64,000 nt of DNA from Paraspadella gotoi (Eukaryota; Animalia; Chaetognatha). The number at the start of each line of letters is the position of its first letter. The stretch's first letter is position 1. The position numbers and the translations under genes are program-made. The stretch is from assembly GCA_051294375.1 (NCBI GenBank), contig CM119266.1:287132-351131 (forward strand), given 5' to 3'. Below the pieces are notes generated by a model. It was not told the origin of the DNA and did not search any database. It saw only the letters and a program-made list of their open reading frames with translations. Below are positions 1 through 13,107 of this stretch, in pieces.

Positions 1-42
1 CCCAACACCCGCCACACCCTCTCGACTCCCTCAACAACTCCT

Positions 43-270
43 TCAAGGCGTGTCGACGACGTCAATGATCCCCACCGGATCCACGGGCGTCGAAGATCCT
101 CGACCTTCAAACTGCTGTTCGGCGTCGCCGCGAAACGCGATGGCGTCGGCGGCGCGATTGGCGTCGTCGTCGGCGGCGTCGTCGCCGACGTCGCCTTCGG
201 ACGGTTTGCGGATTTCGTCGTCGTCGTCGTCGGAACCTTCGCCCGTAACAGTAGCGTGATTGTAGAGACC
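43..270 (-). CDS. en: engrailed-family gene, last exon (EH5 GLYNH plus acidic tail)
   Basis: cccgcag|GGT CTC TAC AAT CAC = GLYNH, completing LMAQGLYNH. Open to TGA at 45-43. Confidence 0.92.
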   Translation of the reverse strand, partial: GLYNHATVTGEGSDDDDDEIRKPSEGDVGDDAADDDANRAADAIAFRGDAEQQFEGRGSSTPVDPVGIIDVVDTP

Positions 271-366
271 CTGCGGGGGTGGGAGAGAGGGAGAGAAAGA
301 GTGAGATGGAGTGATGTGGAGTGACAGTTGAAATGGGCAGAAGTATCTATACTATCTATACTATAG

Positions 367-429
<63 letters not shown>

Positions 430-594
430 AGGAAGAGAGACTCTCGAGATAGATAAACGTATTAATTAAGTGAATTTCCCACTATTCCACTAATTAGTAA
501 TGCCATTGTCCCCGAGTTACAGTTAAATCTAATTGACTCCATCTCCTCCCGCTCCTTTCCCTCTCAGCCCCCAACCCATTCCACCTTGACCCAC

Positions 595-742
595 CTGAGC
601 CATCAAATGAACCGCGAGTTCGCTCCGCCTTCCTTGAGCTTTTTTAATCTTTGCTCTTTTGTTTTGAAACCAAATTTTGATCTGAGATTCGTTGAGTTTC
701 AATTCCGACGCCAAATCTTGACGTCGTTTCTCCGTTAGGTAT
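595..742 (-). CDS. en: engrailed-family gene, exon 5 (homeodomain helices 2-3, start of EH5)
   Basis: [49 protein letters not shown]. Acceptor atccag|, donor CAG|gtgggt. Confidence 0.96.
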
Positions 743-1306
743 CTGGATGTGATAGATGTAATGTAATGTATTTGGATTGAAATGAAATACGAGTTTGTAC
801 GAAAGAAAATTATTTGATCACAATGATCAATTTATAGGTAGTATATTGTATATTGTATTGTATTTTGTATCATTCCCATATTTCTTAATCTTTGTTCTCC
901 TCCTATCTTCAACTATTTCTCCTTCTACTGTTCCTTACTTCTAAAACCGTTTCCCTTCTCTCTTCTCTTCCTACCCTTCTTCCCCTCTCCCTCTCCTTCC
1001 TCCTCTCNNNNNNNNNNNNNNNNNNNNNNNNNNNNNNNNNNNNNNNNNNNNNNNNNNNNNNNNNNNNNNNNNNNNNNNNNNNNNNNNNNNNNNNNNNNNN
1101 NNNNNNNNNNNNNNNNNNNNNNNNNNNNNNNNNNNNNNNNNNNNNNNNNNNNNNNNNNNNNNNNNNNNNNNNNNNNNNNNNNNNNNNNNNNNNNNNNNNN
1201 NNNNNNNNNNNNNNNNNNNNNNNNNNNNNNNNNNNNNNNNNNNNNNNNNNNNNNNNNNNNNNNNNNNNNNNNNNNNNNNNNNNNNNNNNNNCCCTCCCTT
1301 CTTCAC

Positions 1307-1442
1307 CTGTTTTCGTTGAATTCCGATTTGAGTCTCGCCAGTTGTTCGTTGGTGAAGGCTGTCCGCGGCCGCTTCTCTGCGCCGGCGCCGCTGCCGCTGC
1401 CGGGGCTGCTCTCCCTCTTGCGGCTGCGACGGGAACGAGGTC
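1307..1442 (-). CDS. en: engrailed-family gene, exon 4 (EH3 and homeodomain N-terminal part)
   Basis: ttcctcag|GA CCT CGT gives (G)PRSRRSRKRE...EKRPRTAFTNEQLARLKSEFNEN(R). Donor AG|gtgaag. This frame is not in the ORF track. Confidence 0.95.
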
Positions 1443-2179
1443 CTGAGGAAAAGAAAAAGAAACATGAGGATCATCGTTTTATTCGGTTTATTAAAAAAAT
1501 AAAAGAGCAAAGCTTCAGGTTAGAAGATTATAATGACTGACATATCGGTGAACCGTCGCTTAGTGATTTATTGATTTATTGATTGATTGAATTTAACAGG
1601 GTCTGTATTAATCTAAGCTGTCAACTCTAAATATATAAGAAATATCGAATGTAAATTGAGACGTCTTCACGAAAGGCGGCTTTATCTAAATATGATTACG
1701 ATTATGCTTATGCTCAAAGAAAAATATTTTCTAATACTAAGAAAATTCCATTAACATAGCGCATTAGAATTTTTGTCCCACTGATGATTTTAGGTCTTCG
1801 GTTTTATTTGCCACATTGATCGTCCGTTTCATTTTAATTTCTTTTTTATTTCCTTTTTGGTCATCAAACCGCTTTTAAATAAGCGACATCTCATGGATTA
1901 ATTTTTTTCTCGTCCAAAAGTCGTTCGTCTTTCGCTCAACGTTTATTGCTACCGACGATGATGACGACGACGATGACGACGACGAACTAACGAAGAATCT
2001 CGAAATCAATTCCCTTACTTTAATGTAATGTAAAAGATAAAATCTCTCGGCAGATGGCCCCTCGAACGGAAAAATTTCAACTCGAATTAATGACGTGAAG
2101 TTATCGCGAAGTGTTTTGAGTATCACACACATCTCTCACATCTTTCACATTTGTCAACTTCACGAGGATCAAACAAGAA

Positions 2180-2228
<49 letters not shown>

Positions 2229-2802
2229 AAAAAAAAAGCGGCGAGATAAAAAAAATACACTTTAATTTTTCAAAAATTGGAAAAATGATATCATTTCAAA
2301 AAAGCCCGCTCTGCGTGGGATCATATTTCACTAGCCACTAAATACGCTCATAACGGTTTTTTTTCTCCCTTTGAGTAATTATGCAGTTTTCTCAGTTTAA
2401 TGAGTTGACGTAGGAAGCGACGGTAAAAGCGAAAAGCGGTGATTTTCGTGAGATATCAACTTATCACGTGAGCTCTTAAATCTAATTTCTCCCGTCACAA
2501 TCATCGTCGAGAAGAGAGAGAAAAAAAATTATTTTCTTTCATAATAAAAATTCAAAAGACGATTTTGTGAAAAGTCGAGACTTTTTGAAAGAAATTCTTT
2601 TTTTCTTTTGTTTTAAATTTTTTGAAGAATGTTATTTACATACGTCAGTTTAACGGCGCGAAAAGAAAAAAAAATATTGTTTGAAAGGATAGAAAATAAC
2701 TAATCTACTCGAAACATGGAGCGAAATGAAGGTATTAAAACTCTCGCGTATTTGAAATCTTTCTCTCTCTCTTTATTCTCATCTCACACCCTGTTTTGTA
2801 TG

Positions 2803-2846
<44 letters not shown>

Positions 2847-3377
2847 GTTCTTCTCTCGTCCTCTCCTCCCTCTCTCTTCCCTCTTGCTCTCCCTCTTTTA
2901 TTCTTTGTCTCACCCTCAATTTACGCCTCCCTTTTTGACTTTTTCTCTCTGTGAATAAAGTTGTTAAAAAAACGTGGGATGACGAGAGAAGTGAAGAGTT
3001 TTTGCGTCGGGAAGTTCGTCGATGTGTTTGGGGATTAGAATCATGTGAAAAATAAAAGGTTCAAAGGTTGATGGAGTGATGGACTTGAATTGATGGAGTG
3101 ATGGACTTGAATTGATGGACTATGCGGCTGTGAAAGGCGCAAGTGAACCGATGCGCAAGCGCGATTTTCCATGAGCTGACTTTTGGTATATTTTAAGATT
3201 CGATGAAAAGTTGGAATGCGACAAATCGTTGGTAGTTTAGTATCATGTATGATGAATGATATAATTTAGCTATTTTTTAAATCAAATCTTTAGTGAAAAT
3301 TTTTTTATTTAGTTTCTGTAACGTCCTTAACTTCAATCTGTTCTCAGTCCTCACTAATAACCACTCTCCTTTCTCAA

Positions 3378-3508
<131 letters not shown>

Positions 3509-4397
3509 TTTCTTTTGCACATAATTTTTGTCTCAAATCAAATCTGTTAACGCCAATAAAGGCTTGAAACAAAAGCCGCACACGTCCGTTTTTATATTGA
3601 AATAAATTCGTTACAAAAACTAAATAAAAACTTTTCACTAAATCTACAAGAGTAACGAAAAGAAAGGATCATATCGCAATTAAATCAAATCAAACAAGAT
3701 CAGATTTATGGGTACGCCTGAGCTTACAAATTCTGCATCTTAAAATGGATTTTGCGTTTTTCTTAATAGTTGATTTAGGCGATGCGAAATGATATATTTA
3801 AATAAAAATTACGGAATTCAAAACAAACTATAAATTTCTCCGCTTGTCTCTCCCACTTTAAGAAGCTAACGCCCTCTTCATTGATATGAGTCGATCTTGA
3901 AATCGACTCAGATCCCGACCCGAAATCAATTGCGATGACCACAAACTGACCCGAAATATTGACCCCAAAATGACTCGACAAGAAACGATTAGGTGAAATT
4001 CTGTGAGAAATTATCTGTCGAAATCGATCGAGGAAATTCGAGGGACGAATGAAGTAATTGACCGATGAATGGGTGTGACCACGACTGGGGTGTTAAAGAG
4101 GTGGGGTGTGGTCGTGAATGGGGTGTTGAGAGGGTGGATTCTGGAAAGCGAGAAATTAGGTGGAGAGTCGACAATTGTAGCTGGTGAAAGGATGAAAGGA
4201 TGAAAGAGTCACATGAGCCGTAAAGCGATGGGTAATTATCGAACTGGGATGAGGATAAATTGGTGATGGATCTCGAAGGAGAATTGGGCGAAAAAACCAT
4301 ATGGTGGTGTGGAGTCTTTTGAGAGGGGGAAATCATTTTACGATTTACAGATTTAATGAACACAAATGAAAATTTAAATAAAGGTAGCATTACTTAT

Positions 4398-5047
4398 ATG
4401 GGTATCTCATTTTTCAAACTTTTATTTAATCATAAAACGCGGATTACGGAGTTTGGCGCTCTACCGATGTAAAACCTAATAACCTAATTGTGGTAGTATA
4501 ATAATCTAATAGTTCAGCTCACACTTCGCTTGTAATTCCTCTTCGTCTCAAAGTCAAAATCGGGACGAGAATTGATTTCGACTTTCGACTTCGCGGGCGA
4601 CGATCGCCCCTCGTCACGTGACGATCGCCCCTCGTCACGTGACGATCGCCCCTCGTCACGTGACGAGGGGCGATCGCCTCTCCTCATGTGACAGAAAATC
4701 ACGTGGTCAACATTTCCGATGATCGACGAATCATCTCATTTGGAACTTACCCACTTTTTAGTAATACAAAAATAAAATAGCTTTTTAAAGTTGAGCTTTT
4801 TAGCGTTTTAAAATTTCAGAGTAAAATCCAAGATCATTTCGTTTTTCCTGACACATTTTATACATTAAGAAATGTTATTCATCGTGAGTTGTATTTACTG
4901 CATCGACGCGTTTCGATAACGGGACAGTAATTTGTTCACGTGACCTGAATTGCGTGAGTCGAATCGAGGGTGGGAGCGAAGCTTTATTTCGAAACAGGGT
5001 AGAGCGAGAGAAAGAGAGAGAGGAAAACAGATATGAGGCTAATAATA

Positions 5048-5088
<41 letters not shown>

Positions 5089-5650
5089 CTCCCTCTCTCC
5101 TGCTCCTCCGCTCTCCTCCTTCTCTCCCATGCGTTCATTTTATATATTTCAAACGAATCATCGTTTTATCGCAATGAAATTATTTCAGACAAAAGACAAT
5201 ATATTTTCCGCCCGGAAGCTTTTTTTATTCTATATCGTAAAAAATTCTTAATCTCCTCATCTCTCTCTCTCTCTCTCTCTCTCTCTTATCTCTCCTCTCT
5301 CTACTTCTCTCTCTCTCTCTCTCTCTCTCTCATCTCATTTTTCCATAACTTTTTCCTCCATTCTTGTTCTCACAGTTTCCTTTTTTTAGATTCGAGCGAC
5401 ATCAAAAAAAAAATAAAGAGACTTCCGCCTTTTTTATTCTCACTCCCTCACACTCCTTACATTCCCTTTCCTGCCCCCCCCCCCGCCCGCCGTATAACAC
5501 GGGCCTCCAACGCCAAACTCATGCTCACAGTTACATCCTTTGATCAGCNNNNNNNNNNNNNNNNNNNNNNNNNAACTCATGCTCACAGTTACATCCTTTG
5601 ATCACTCTCACTCTCACAGCAACCTCTCCAATTCGATCACATCTTCACAC
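4398..5650 (+). repeat. Segment duplicated at ~13108-14610 (second copy indel-rich)
   Basis: Both begin atgggtat(a)ctcatttt...caaacttttatttaatcataaa and run collinearly through aacgccaaactcat(tg)gctcacagttacatcctttgatca. Confidence 0.85.
4598..4676. repeat. 21-bp tandem repeat (gacgatcgcccctcgtcacgt) ending in a 34-bp perfect palindrome
   Basis: Three direct units. 4643-4676 cgatcgcccctcgtcac|gtgacgaggggcgatcg is self-complementary. Confidence 0.9.
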
Positions 5651-6464
5651 CCTCCTTTTTTAAAGACCTCAACATCACTACTTTTAAATTTTTTTTTCAA
5701 ATTACTTGAAGCCGGTCCGCATGGCTGTATGTAACAAGAGAACCATTAAACCCCATCCTACTTACTATGTGCGCTCTGTAATTTTGAGAAAAGTCTTAGT
5801 AGTATTTAAAAAGTAGTATTTACCAAATCGCCCTCTTTGCAGCGCACGATCCCTACATTCCCGTCAATTCTAGCAACGACGACAACAACAACGACGACGA
5901 CGACGACGACGAGGCTTTTAATCTGGCAAAAAAAGACCGCGAAAACCGGTCTCGGCGGAGCGGATCAACTCGCGCTACTTAGAAGCGATTCCGTTTTTGG
6001 TTCTTACAAGAAAGTACTACGGTTCAAATCATTAGAACGCCGTGAAATTTAGCGTAAAGCCTCGTATGCGGGATCCGGGCTCTCATAAGAAATGACTGAA
6101 AAACCGTAATAAGACTCAGCGAATCATCAGAATTACTGAATAGACAACAATAAAGGTAAAGGTACATTTATTTTTCTAGACTTGATAATCCAAAATAACT
6201 GAAAAAATGACAAAATAAGAAGGAATCTGAAACCAAAAATTTCTGCAGAATAAATGACTAAAATTGAGCTAGATAAAAAGCTTGTGATGACCATACTGTC
6301 CTTTCTCAACTCTGTTTTGGAAACTTTGCCCATTCGTCTCTCTCTCTCAAATTCACAAACACTTATTAACGCTGCAATGAAGGGTTGTACCTATGCCCGC
6401 ATCACATGTACCTAACCGTTAATAATAATATAAATCGTTGTTGTAAAACTAATTTCAACTTCTT

Positions 6465-6720
6465 CTAATTCAGCTTTTTAAAAATTCTTACGTTTTTTTT
6501 TATGAAATATTAAAAAAACTGCAGAGAAATCATCGAAATTAGTTGATGATGATGAAATTTTTTACGGTTTTTGACTCACTATATTATTGAAATATTTAAA
6601 AAAGAATTATACTTTGCTATCTGAATCTGGTCTTAAAATTTAAAAATTATCAATCTATAAATATATAAATAATAATTCATTTGGGTATAGAGCCCATATA
6701 AGAAATGTTTTGTCCATGAA
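6465..6720 (+). repeat. AT-rich dispersed repeat, inverted copy at ~18978-19278
   Basis: tttgggtatagagcccatataagaaatgttttgtccat matches the reverse complement of atggacaaaatatttcttatatggctctatacccaaa, and flanking blocks are collinear. Confidence 0.7.
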
Positions 6721-8419
6721 ACGGTATAAATTTTGTGTTGAGCATGTAATTTCATTCAAACAATTTGACTAAACCCAATTGAGTGGGCTTATCCCTATTT
6801 ACGAGTAAGAGAAATAAAATGAAATTATATGAATAGATTGATTTAAATTTAATTTTTTTAATTAAATATTATATTACTTAAAAATAAGTACATTGTTGCC
6901 TTCAAGTTTTAAAATTACTATTACTCTTGTTATTATCTGCTCTCACTTGAAATTTGATTATTTTTTCATTTCTTATTCGCCTCCTCAATCTCATCTTTAT
7001 CCTCCACCACCTAAAGAGTGTTTGGAAGCTTTATGGTTGGCTCTGCTTCCATCCATCTAATTAACTTTAAATTTTATTTAGGAGGCGACCATTTTAGAAT
7101 AAATTAAAATAATTAAAATTCGGGAAGAAAGAAAAGCTTTTAAGGAAATGAAAAAATCCCATATCTAATTACGTATTTATAAACAAATTTTTGTTAGTTT
7201 TTTCCATTCAGATATTTAAAATTAAAAAGAAATTTTAATGCTTGAATTAAACGTTACATGTTTTATTCAGAACATATAAACAATAAACATCGTCGCTCTT
7301 ATCCGATGAATCAGATAGGCACAGTCTCAAAGAATTTTTATTAGATATATTTAAATTTAAAATTCTTTGAACATCAGTTGCATTTACTCTGTATTTCATC
7401 AATAGAGAAAGTAGCCCAAGTTGCAGTTACAAAGTGGAATTTTATTCTCAGCATTCAAAAAATCAGAAATATAAAAGTTAAACACAGCTACTCATTTGAT
7501 TTGATTAACAAAATTAAAAATTTAAAGTCCAAACTTTTGAAATGCTTAACTTCGGATCGCGGTTGCAAAGATGATGCGGCCCGCCTGATGACGTTTGGAG
7601 CCCTCGGCCTTTATCTTCATTGTAAATCCTAATTTAATTGGGATGTCAGCACATTACGTTTTCGTTCTGGATAAACTGTCAAAAGACTTAAGAAATTACT
7701 AACAACCCCTCAGCTTGTAATCTTGAGAGCCAGCAAATAAGTATCTTACTCAAAAACCGCCAATTCTCATTCATAAATTATAAAAATATCTAATGTTTCC
7801 AAACCTACAAAACGTGGCATAAAAAGGCACGAAAATGGGGATCTTATAAACGGCAAAAAGTTTAAAGGCCACGTTGTTAATTAGGATTCTACAATAACCC
7901 AAACTTTGGAAATCAGCGGTTATTGAGAGTAGCCGCTTTACTACAAAATTACCCTGTATCGTTAGCGCAGAGCGTGTGTGCAAAAATGCTTACAATATTT
8001 TTGTGACGCACCTCTCTTGCATGAAGAATTTCTGCCATTCTCTTGTACTGACATTTATTATTTGTCTCCAATTTTCATAGAAGGAATTTAACATTTACTC
8101 ATGTAATAGATCCAGAAACCCCTTTTTTAAAATACATCCCAATTCGTTTTCAATAAAAATACTTAAAAAAAAAATTCTTTATAAATTAATATTCATTAAG
8201 TATTCAAATGTATTGAAATTCAGATAACACCATTAAATAAAGCAGTAACTGAAATTTACATTTAAAAATATTTTTTTTGCGGAGAATCATTAACATGCCT
8301 TTTAAAACAAAGCCATTTTTTTTTTTTTTTAAAAAATTTTCTTTTTACTTTTTTCTTCGGACTTAAGATTACAAATTTATAAAAACTTATTCATGGCTGT
8401 GTCTGTTCTAAGAGTCGTC

Positions 8420-8665
8420 CCCACCATTCCATTCAGCCGCGCCATTTGAGGTGCCGGAGGGCCAAGTCATTCGGCCTCCCAACCCAAGGTACAGGGGGTT
8501 TCTAGCCTGCTGGTCGGCTTCTGGCAGTTTAAGAGGGACGGGGCGCTTAACTCCGCTTGTGTAACATGGTGTTATAGCCGATCCGAAGCTCAGGGGACTG
8601 CTGTTATATTGAAATGGTTCCGTGTCACTAACAACATTATACAATTATCACTGGTCCTCTTCAAT
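8420..8665 (-). mobile_element. ~230-bp interspersed repeat (SINE/non-autonomous-element-like), copy 1
   Basis: Shares blocks (caagtcattcg(g)cctccca; gggacggggcgcttaac; tgtta(c/t)agcc) with copies at 10325, 32750 and 43430. Confidence 0.65.
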
Positions 8666-10324
8666 ATTAATCTATTACTAAAAATTACCAAATTGTTACA
8701 AGATTTCAAATACGCCATTAACTTAGATTATTGGTTTATTATTTATTTTTAATCTCGATATAAAAATTATTTTAATGATCAAATAGCCTCTCTAATAAAT
8801 TTTTAGTTATTTTATTATTCAAAAATGTTAAAATACTTCCTAGAATTAGTAAACAATAAACAATCTTTGAAAAGAATTTATAAACAAATAACGCTCCAGT
8901 AGTGTCCAATAATGATAAACTAATCGATGATTAACTTTATCAGACTATTAAAATTAGAGTTAAAAATTGTTTTGGTGTCTCACTCGCGAACGGACTACGC
9001 GCGGTAGCATTCGTAATTATATTAAAAATCCATTAGATTCTTCAGTGGTAACGGTAAGGCATTAGTCATTATTTTCATTAACAAAATCATATTTACTTTT
9101 TTGAAGCTCATTATATCATCTATAACAATTAACCAAGTATTCATTTGATTGTATCAACAAAAGAAACAGTTTTAGCTGTTTAAATATTTAGAATATATTA
9201 CTTTAGTTTCATTTACGCTTTTAAATAGATGTTAAGTTGTTTTGCCATCTATTCAAGCAATGACGCTACTGACAGTGTTTTGATAGACATAGATTACACA
9301 CCTTAATTATAACAAAAATAATAGGAATTTAAACAACAAACCTGATAAGGGCATTACACCCATACAGTTCATATCTAAACTTTTATCTTCTCCCCATCAT
9401 CAAGGAAAGCCCGATCAAATTTTTTGAAAAAACTATTTATTGAAAAATTTACTATTCATACAATAATCTTAAATTTAAAAACCGACTTTGGTATACTGTA
9501 TTTAATGACAGGTAAGCGCAACTTTTCATGTTACATCGCTCATGCTTACTATGCTATGTATTTTTGTTTGTTGAATTTACAAGTATCTCTGTAATCCGGA
9601 AGACCCGCATCGCCTAACAAGGACGTTACCACTCGTGTAGCTTAATTAAGCCATTAGTACAGTATTTCTCATCTGTTAATTAAAATTTAAAACATGAACA
9701 CTCAGTAGTTACCCGGTTATTATTTATGGTATATGTGGTTTCTAAATAACTTTAGCAATATGTATTTGCCATGGAGAATAGAAACCAAACATGGGTTCAT
9801 TGAATTATATGCGCAAGTCTTCTCCGGTACTAATTAGTACGTAGATAAGTTAGGACTGGTGGTCCATCCTCCCAAAATAAGTAAAATCTTATTTGGGAGA
9901 CCGCTTTGTTTGGGACGAAATCATCTCCTTTCTCTTTGAGTCTGTAAAGAAGATAAATTATGGGGATGACCATTTAATACGTTATACTACTATTTAGTAG
10001 AAAACGTACATAGTATAAAAAAACATTTACTGACAAACTATATTTTGGTACAGAGGACGAGCCCAGGAATGGTAGGTAATACCACCTTAAGGAACTGTTG
10101 AGTCGGCCTGCCTCCATAACCTTTTAACCCCAAGCTACCCCTAACCCAAAACCCATCCCTATACTACTCATAACCCAAACGCACCATTAACCCCAATCGG
10201 CGAAATGAAAATTAACCAGTCTAGCCTATAGAACAAAATTTATATAAAATATAATTATTTTAAGCAGAACGTAAAATATTTACACTTTTACAAAAAATTA
10301 AGAGTAGTATTTGAATATGGCTTA

Positions 10325-10545
10325 TTGAAGATGACAGTACATTATTTTATGTGTTGATGACAGAACCGTTAAATGTAAGCAGCTCCCTGAGCTTTGGTAT
10401 CAGCGCTGTAACACTGTACAGGCGGGGTTAAGCGAACCCATCCCTGCGAGGCGACCACCGGGTTAGACCAGGACCTCGTGGGTTGGGGGCGAATGACTCT
10501 GCCTTCCGAGCCACCAATGGCCGCAGAATGGAAGGTAGTGGACTT
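10325..10545 (+). mobile_element. ~230-bp interspersed repeat, copy 2
   Basis: agaaccgtt...taagcag(c)tccctgagctttgg(t)atcag...ggttaagcg...ggcgaatgact; reverse complement of copy 1. Confidence 0.65.
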
Positions 10546-13107
10546 TCAGTCACCATCTTTACACTATTCATGAATTGTAGTACCCCATGTCTGTTACTGT
10601 CGAAGCTGACACCAAAAAGAAATGCGTACCATTTCTCATGGATAAAGTATTTTTTGTTAAATATTTCCTAATCTGTAGTTAAAGTAACGTTGATGATTTA
10701 TTATATTTTAATTTGGTATTTATAAATTAATTTACTCATAAATACTTAAAATTATTAAATTTATTTACACCATTAAATTAGAATATCTGAGAATCTTAGA
10801 ATATAAAATAATTATTCAAACAACAGTCAAGAACATGCTCAGGACAAGCATTTTTGTATAACTTGGACGAATTGTATAAGAAACTAAGATTTTTACACTT
10901 AAAAAATTAAATTTAAAAAAAATCATTACTCAAAATTACTCAACATACGATAATTCAGTTACGCATTGATTAGACCATTCAATAGAGAAATTTCTTTGTA
11001 TGATAAAAATATTTTTATATTATTTTTTAACTTTTTTCTGTGTTTTGATGATTTAACATTTAATAGTAAATTTAATTATTTATTAACGAACAATTATACA
11101 TAAGTGCTATTTATACTTTGAAGACGCATGATCGGATCAATATCTCCCTCAACGCCACAATGGCATTTAAAACTAAACGAATCGGAGAGCTTAAAGAAAA
11201 AGCACATGATAAAAATGTCACTCCTCTTGGAAAATTGATTAACGTTATTTAATGTTATTTGTAGAATATCTCGAATGTACTATGTTTTTTCGTTATATTT
11301 TTGTAAACTACTCCATTTGTACCGTTCGTTCGACATGTATTTCACTTTTTTTATTTTGTTTTTGTCATTTAACTCAATTGTAAAACGTATGTTCTCTTTT
11401 GGTATCAAGTGCTCGGGTAAAGTTTAAAATTGCGTCAATTAGGTGTCGCCGATGCGCCAAAATATTTAAATGTGGTGTATCTTCTTTCTTATCTGTCGCT
11501 CGTAATTACTCAAGATAATAACTTACTTATGCCCAAAAAGTTGCCCCCTTAATTATTACTTATGAATTTATGTTTTATTTTTGAATATTGGAAAGTCTTG
11601 TAAAGATTTTTTGGGTGTCACTCGCGAACGTAACGGGGAATAATTTGTAATAGTCAATATCACAGTTTGTTCAAGTGAGAGACACATTACAATCGGTTCT
11701 CCCTTGTCTAACCTTTCTTCTCTCCTCCTAACTTGTGCTGGTCTGTCCCAACGGTTCCACTTTGCCCTTAGCTTTACCATGACCTTTGAGAGCTACCGGC
11801 AACATCATAGGGCGATAAGGACCGTAGGTCAGGGAATCGAGTTGAGAGCTCGGCGTCTCACTTCTTCTCTACTTTTTATACAATGCAAAACTCCTTCTCT
11901 CTTGTCCTTCTTTTTATTATTACTATTTTCGTCTTCTTACACAAGGTAAAATTCCTAAAACATTGCATTGTCAATCTAGTAATTTGTCACTCAAACGGGA
12001 CAACGGAAACTTAGGTTTTTAACTGATTAAAGTAATAAGGGTGCATTTAAATATCCTATAATACATAATTATGTTACAATACATTAAAAATTCTGACTGT
12101 CGTGATTCCTTAGTTGAGGAGGCGCCATGTCATTAAATAAATGCAGTTCATGGTCCGACGAGGGTCGCTTTCTCCAGTCCTCTTTCTTCAACGACAAATG
12201 CAACAATACTCCTCCGACCCGAATCGAGACCAAGCGACTCAAAACAAAGGAAGCAACTAGCATAACCAGAACGCTTTAACAAAGACAAATATCTCACGTC
12301 GCCAGTTTGTAGGTATATTAACAATAATAAATTATCATATACTACTCAATTATAACTTATAATATTAAAAAGTTCAGCGGGAAAGATTTTGGATAATCAC
12401 AGCCTACACCAGAAATCCTCGTTTCGTGCACACACCGGCGGCGTTGCTCGCGCAAGTGCCATGGCTTTCGGATTTTGATTCGCGATTTAGAGTCAATTAT
12501 GCGCGTTTGGGTTCCAATATAAAAAATGTAATCGAAGCAAAAACCCTTTGTTTTCTTCGCATTTATTTAAGTTCCACTGAGAATAATAGCCTCGCCGATC
12601 CACCTAAGAATTGAAAGTAGAACACATGTACTATTCTAACATCTATTCAAAGATGGACATTCTCGTGGGCATGACTGGGAAATTGAGCCCTAACAAAAAC
12701 GGAGTTCCATTGCGATTACCAAAACAAGAATCAAGCTTCGGAAAATTTTTTACCTTTTTTGTTGTAGCTCAATGGATAGAGAAAACAGCGGCGTTTTCAT
12801 ATATAAGTCAAAATGGAGTTTGGCTTCTGTTTCTATTGAAAGAACGAGCTGGTTTACGCTTTACGTACAGTTTATGAAGGGTCAAACCAGGTCAACTGTC
12901 AAATGCATCTTGTAATTACATGCAAAAAATGAAAATTCGCCTGGCGCTCCACCTCGATGCCCTGCCCAAAGACCCTACACTTTCAGAATCTACCCTATTA
13001 TTACTATTTTATAAAGGCTTGACCATCGGGTATTTTATATAGAATCGATTTCAAAAGCGAAAACTTGATCCACCCGTCGACCGAAACACGACTGACATCC
13101 CCATTAT

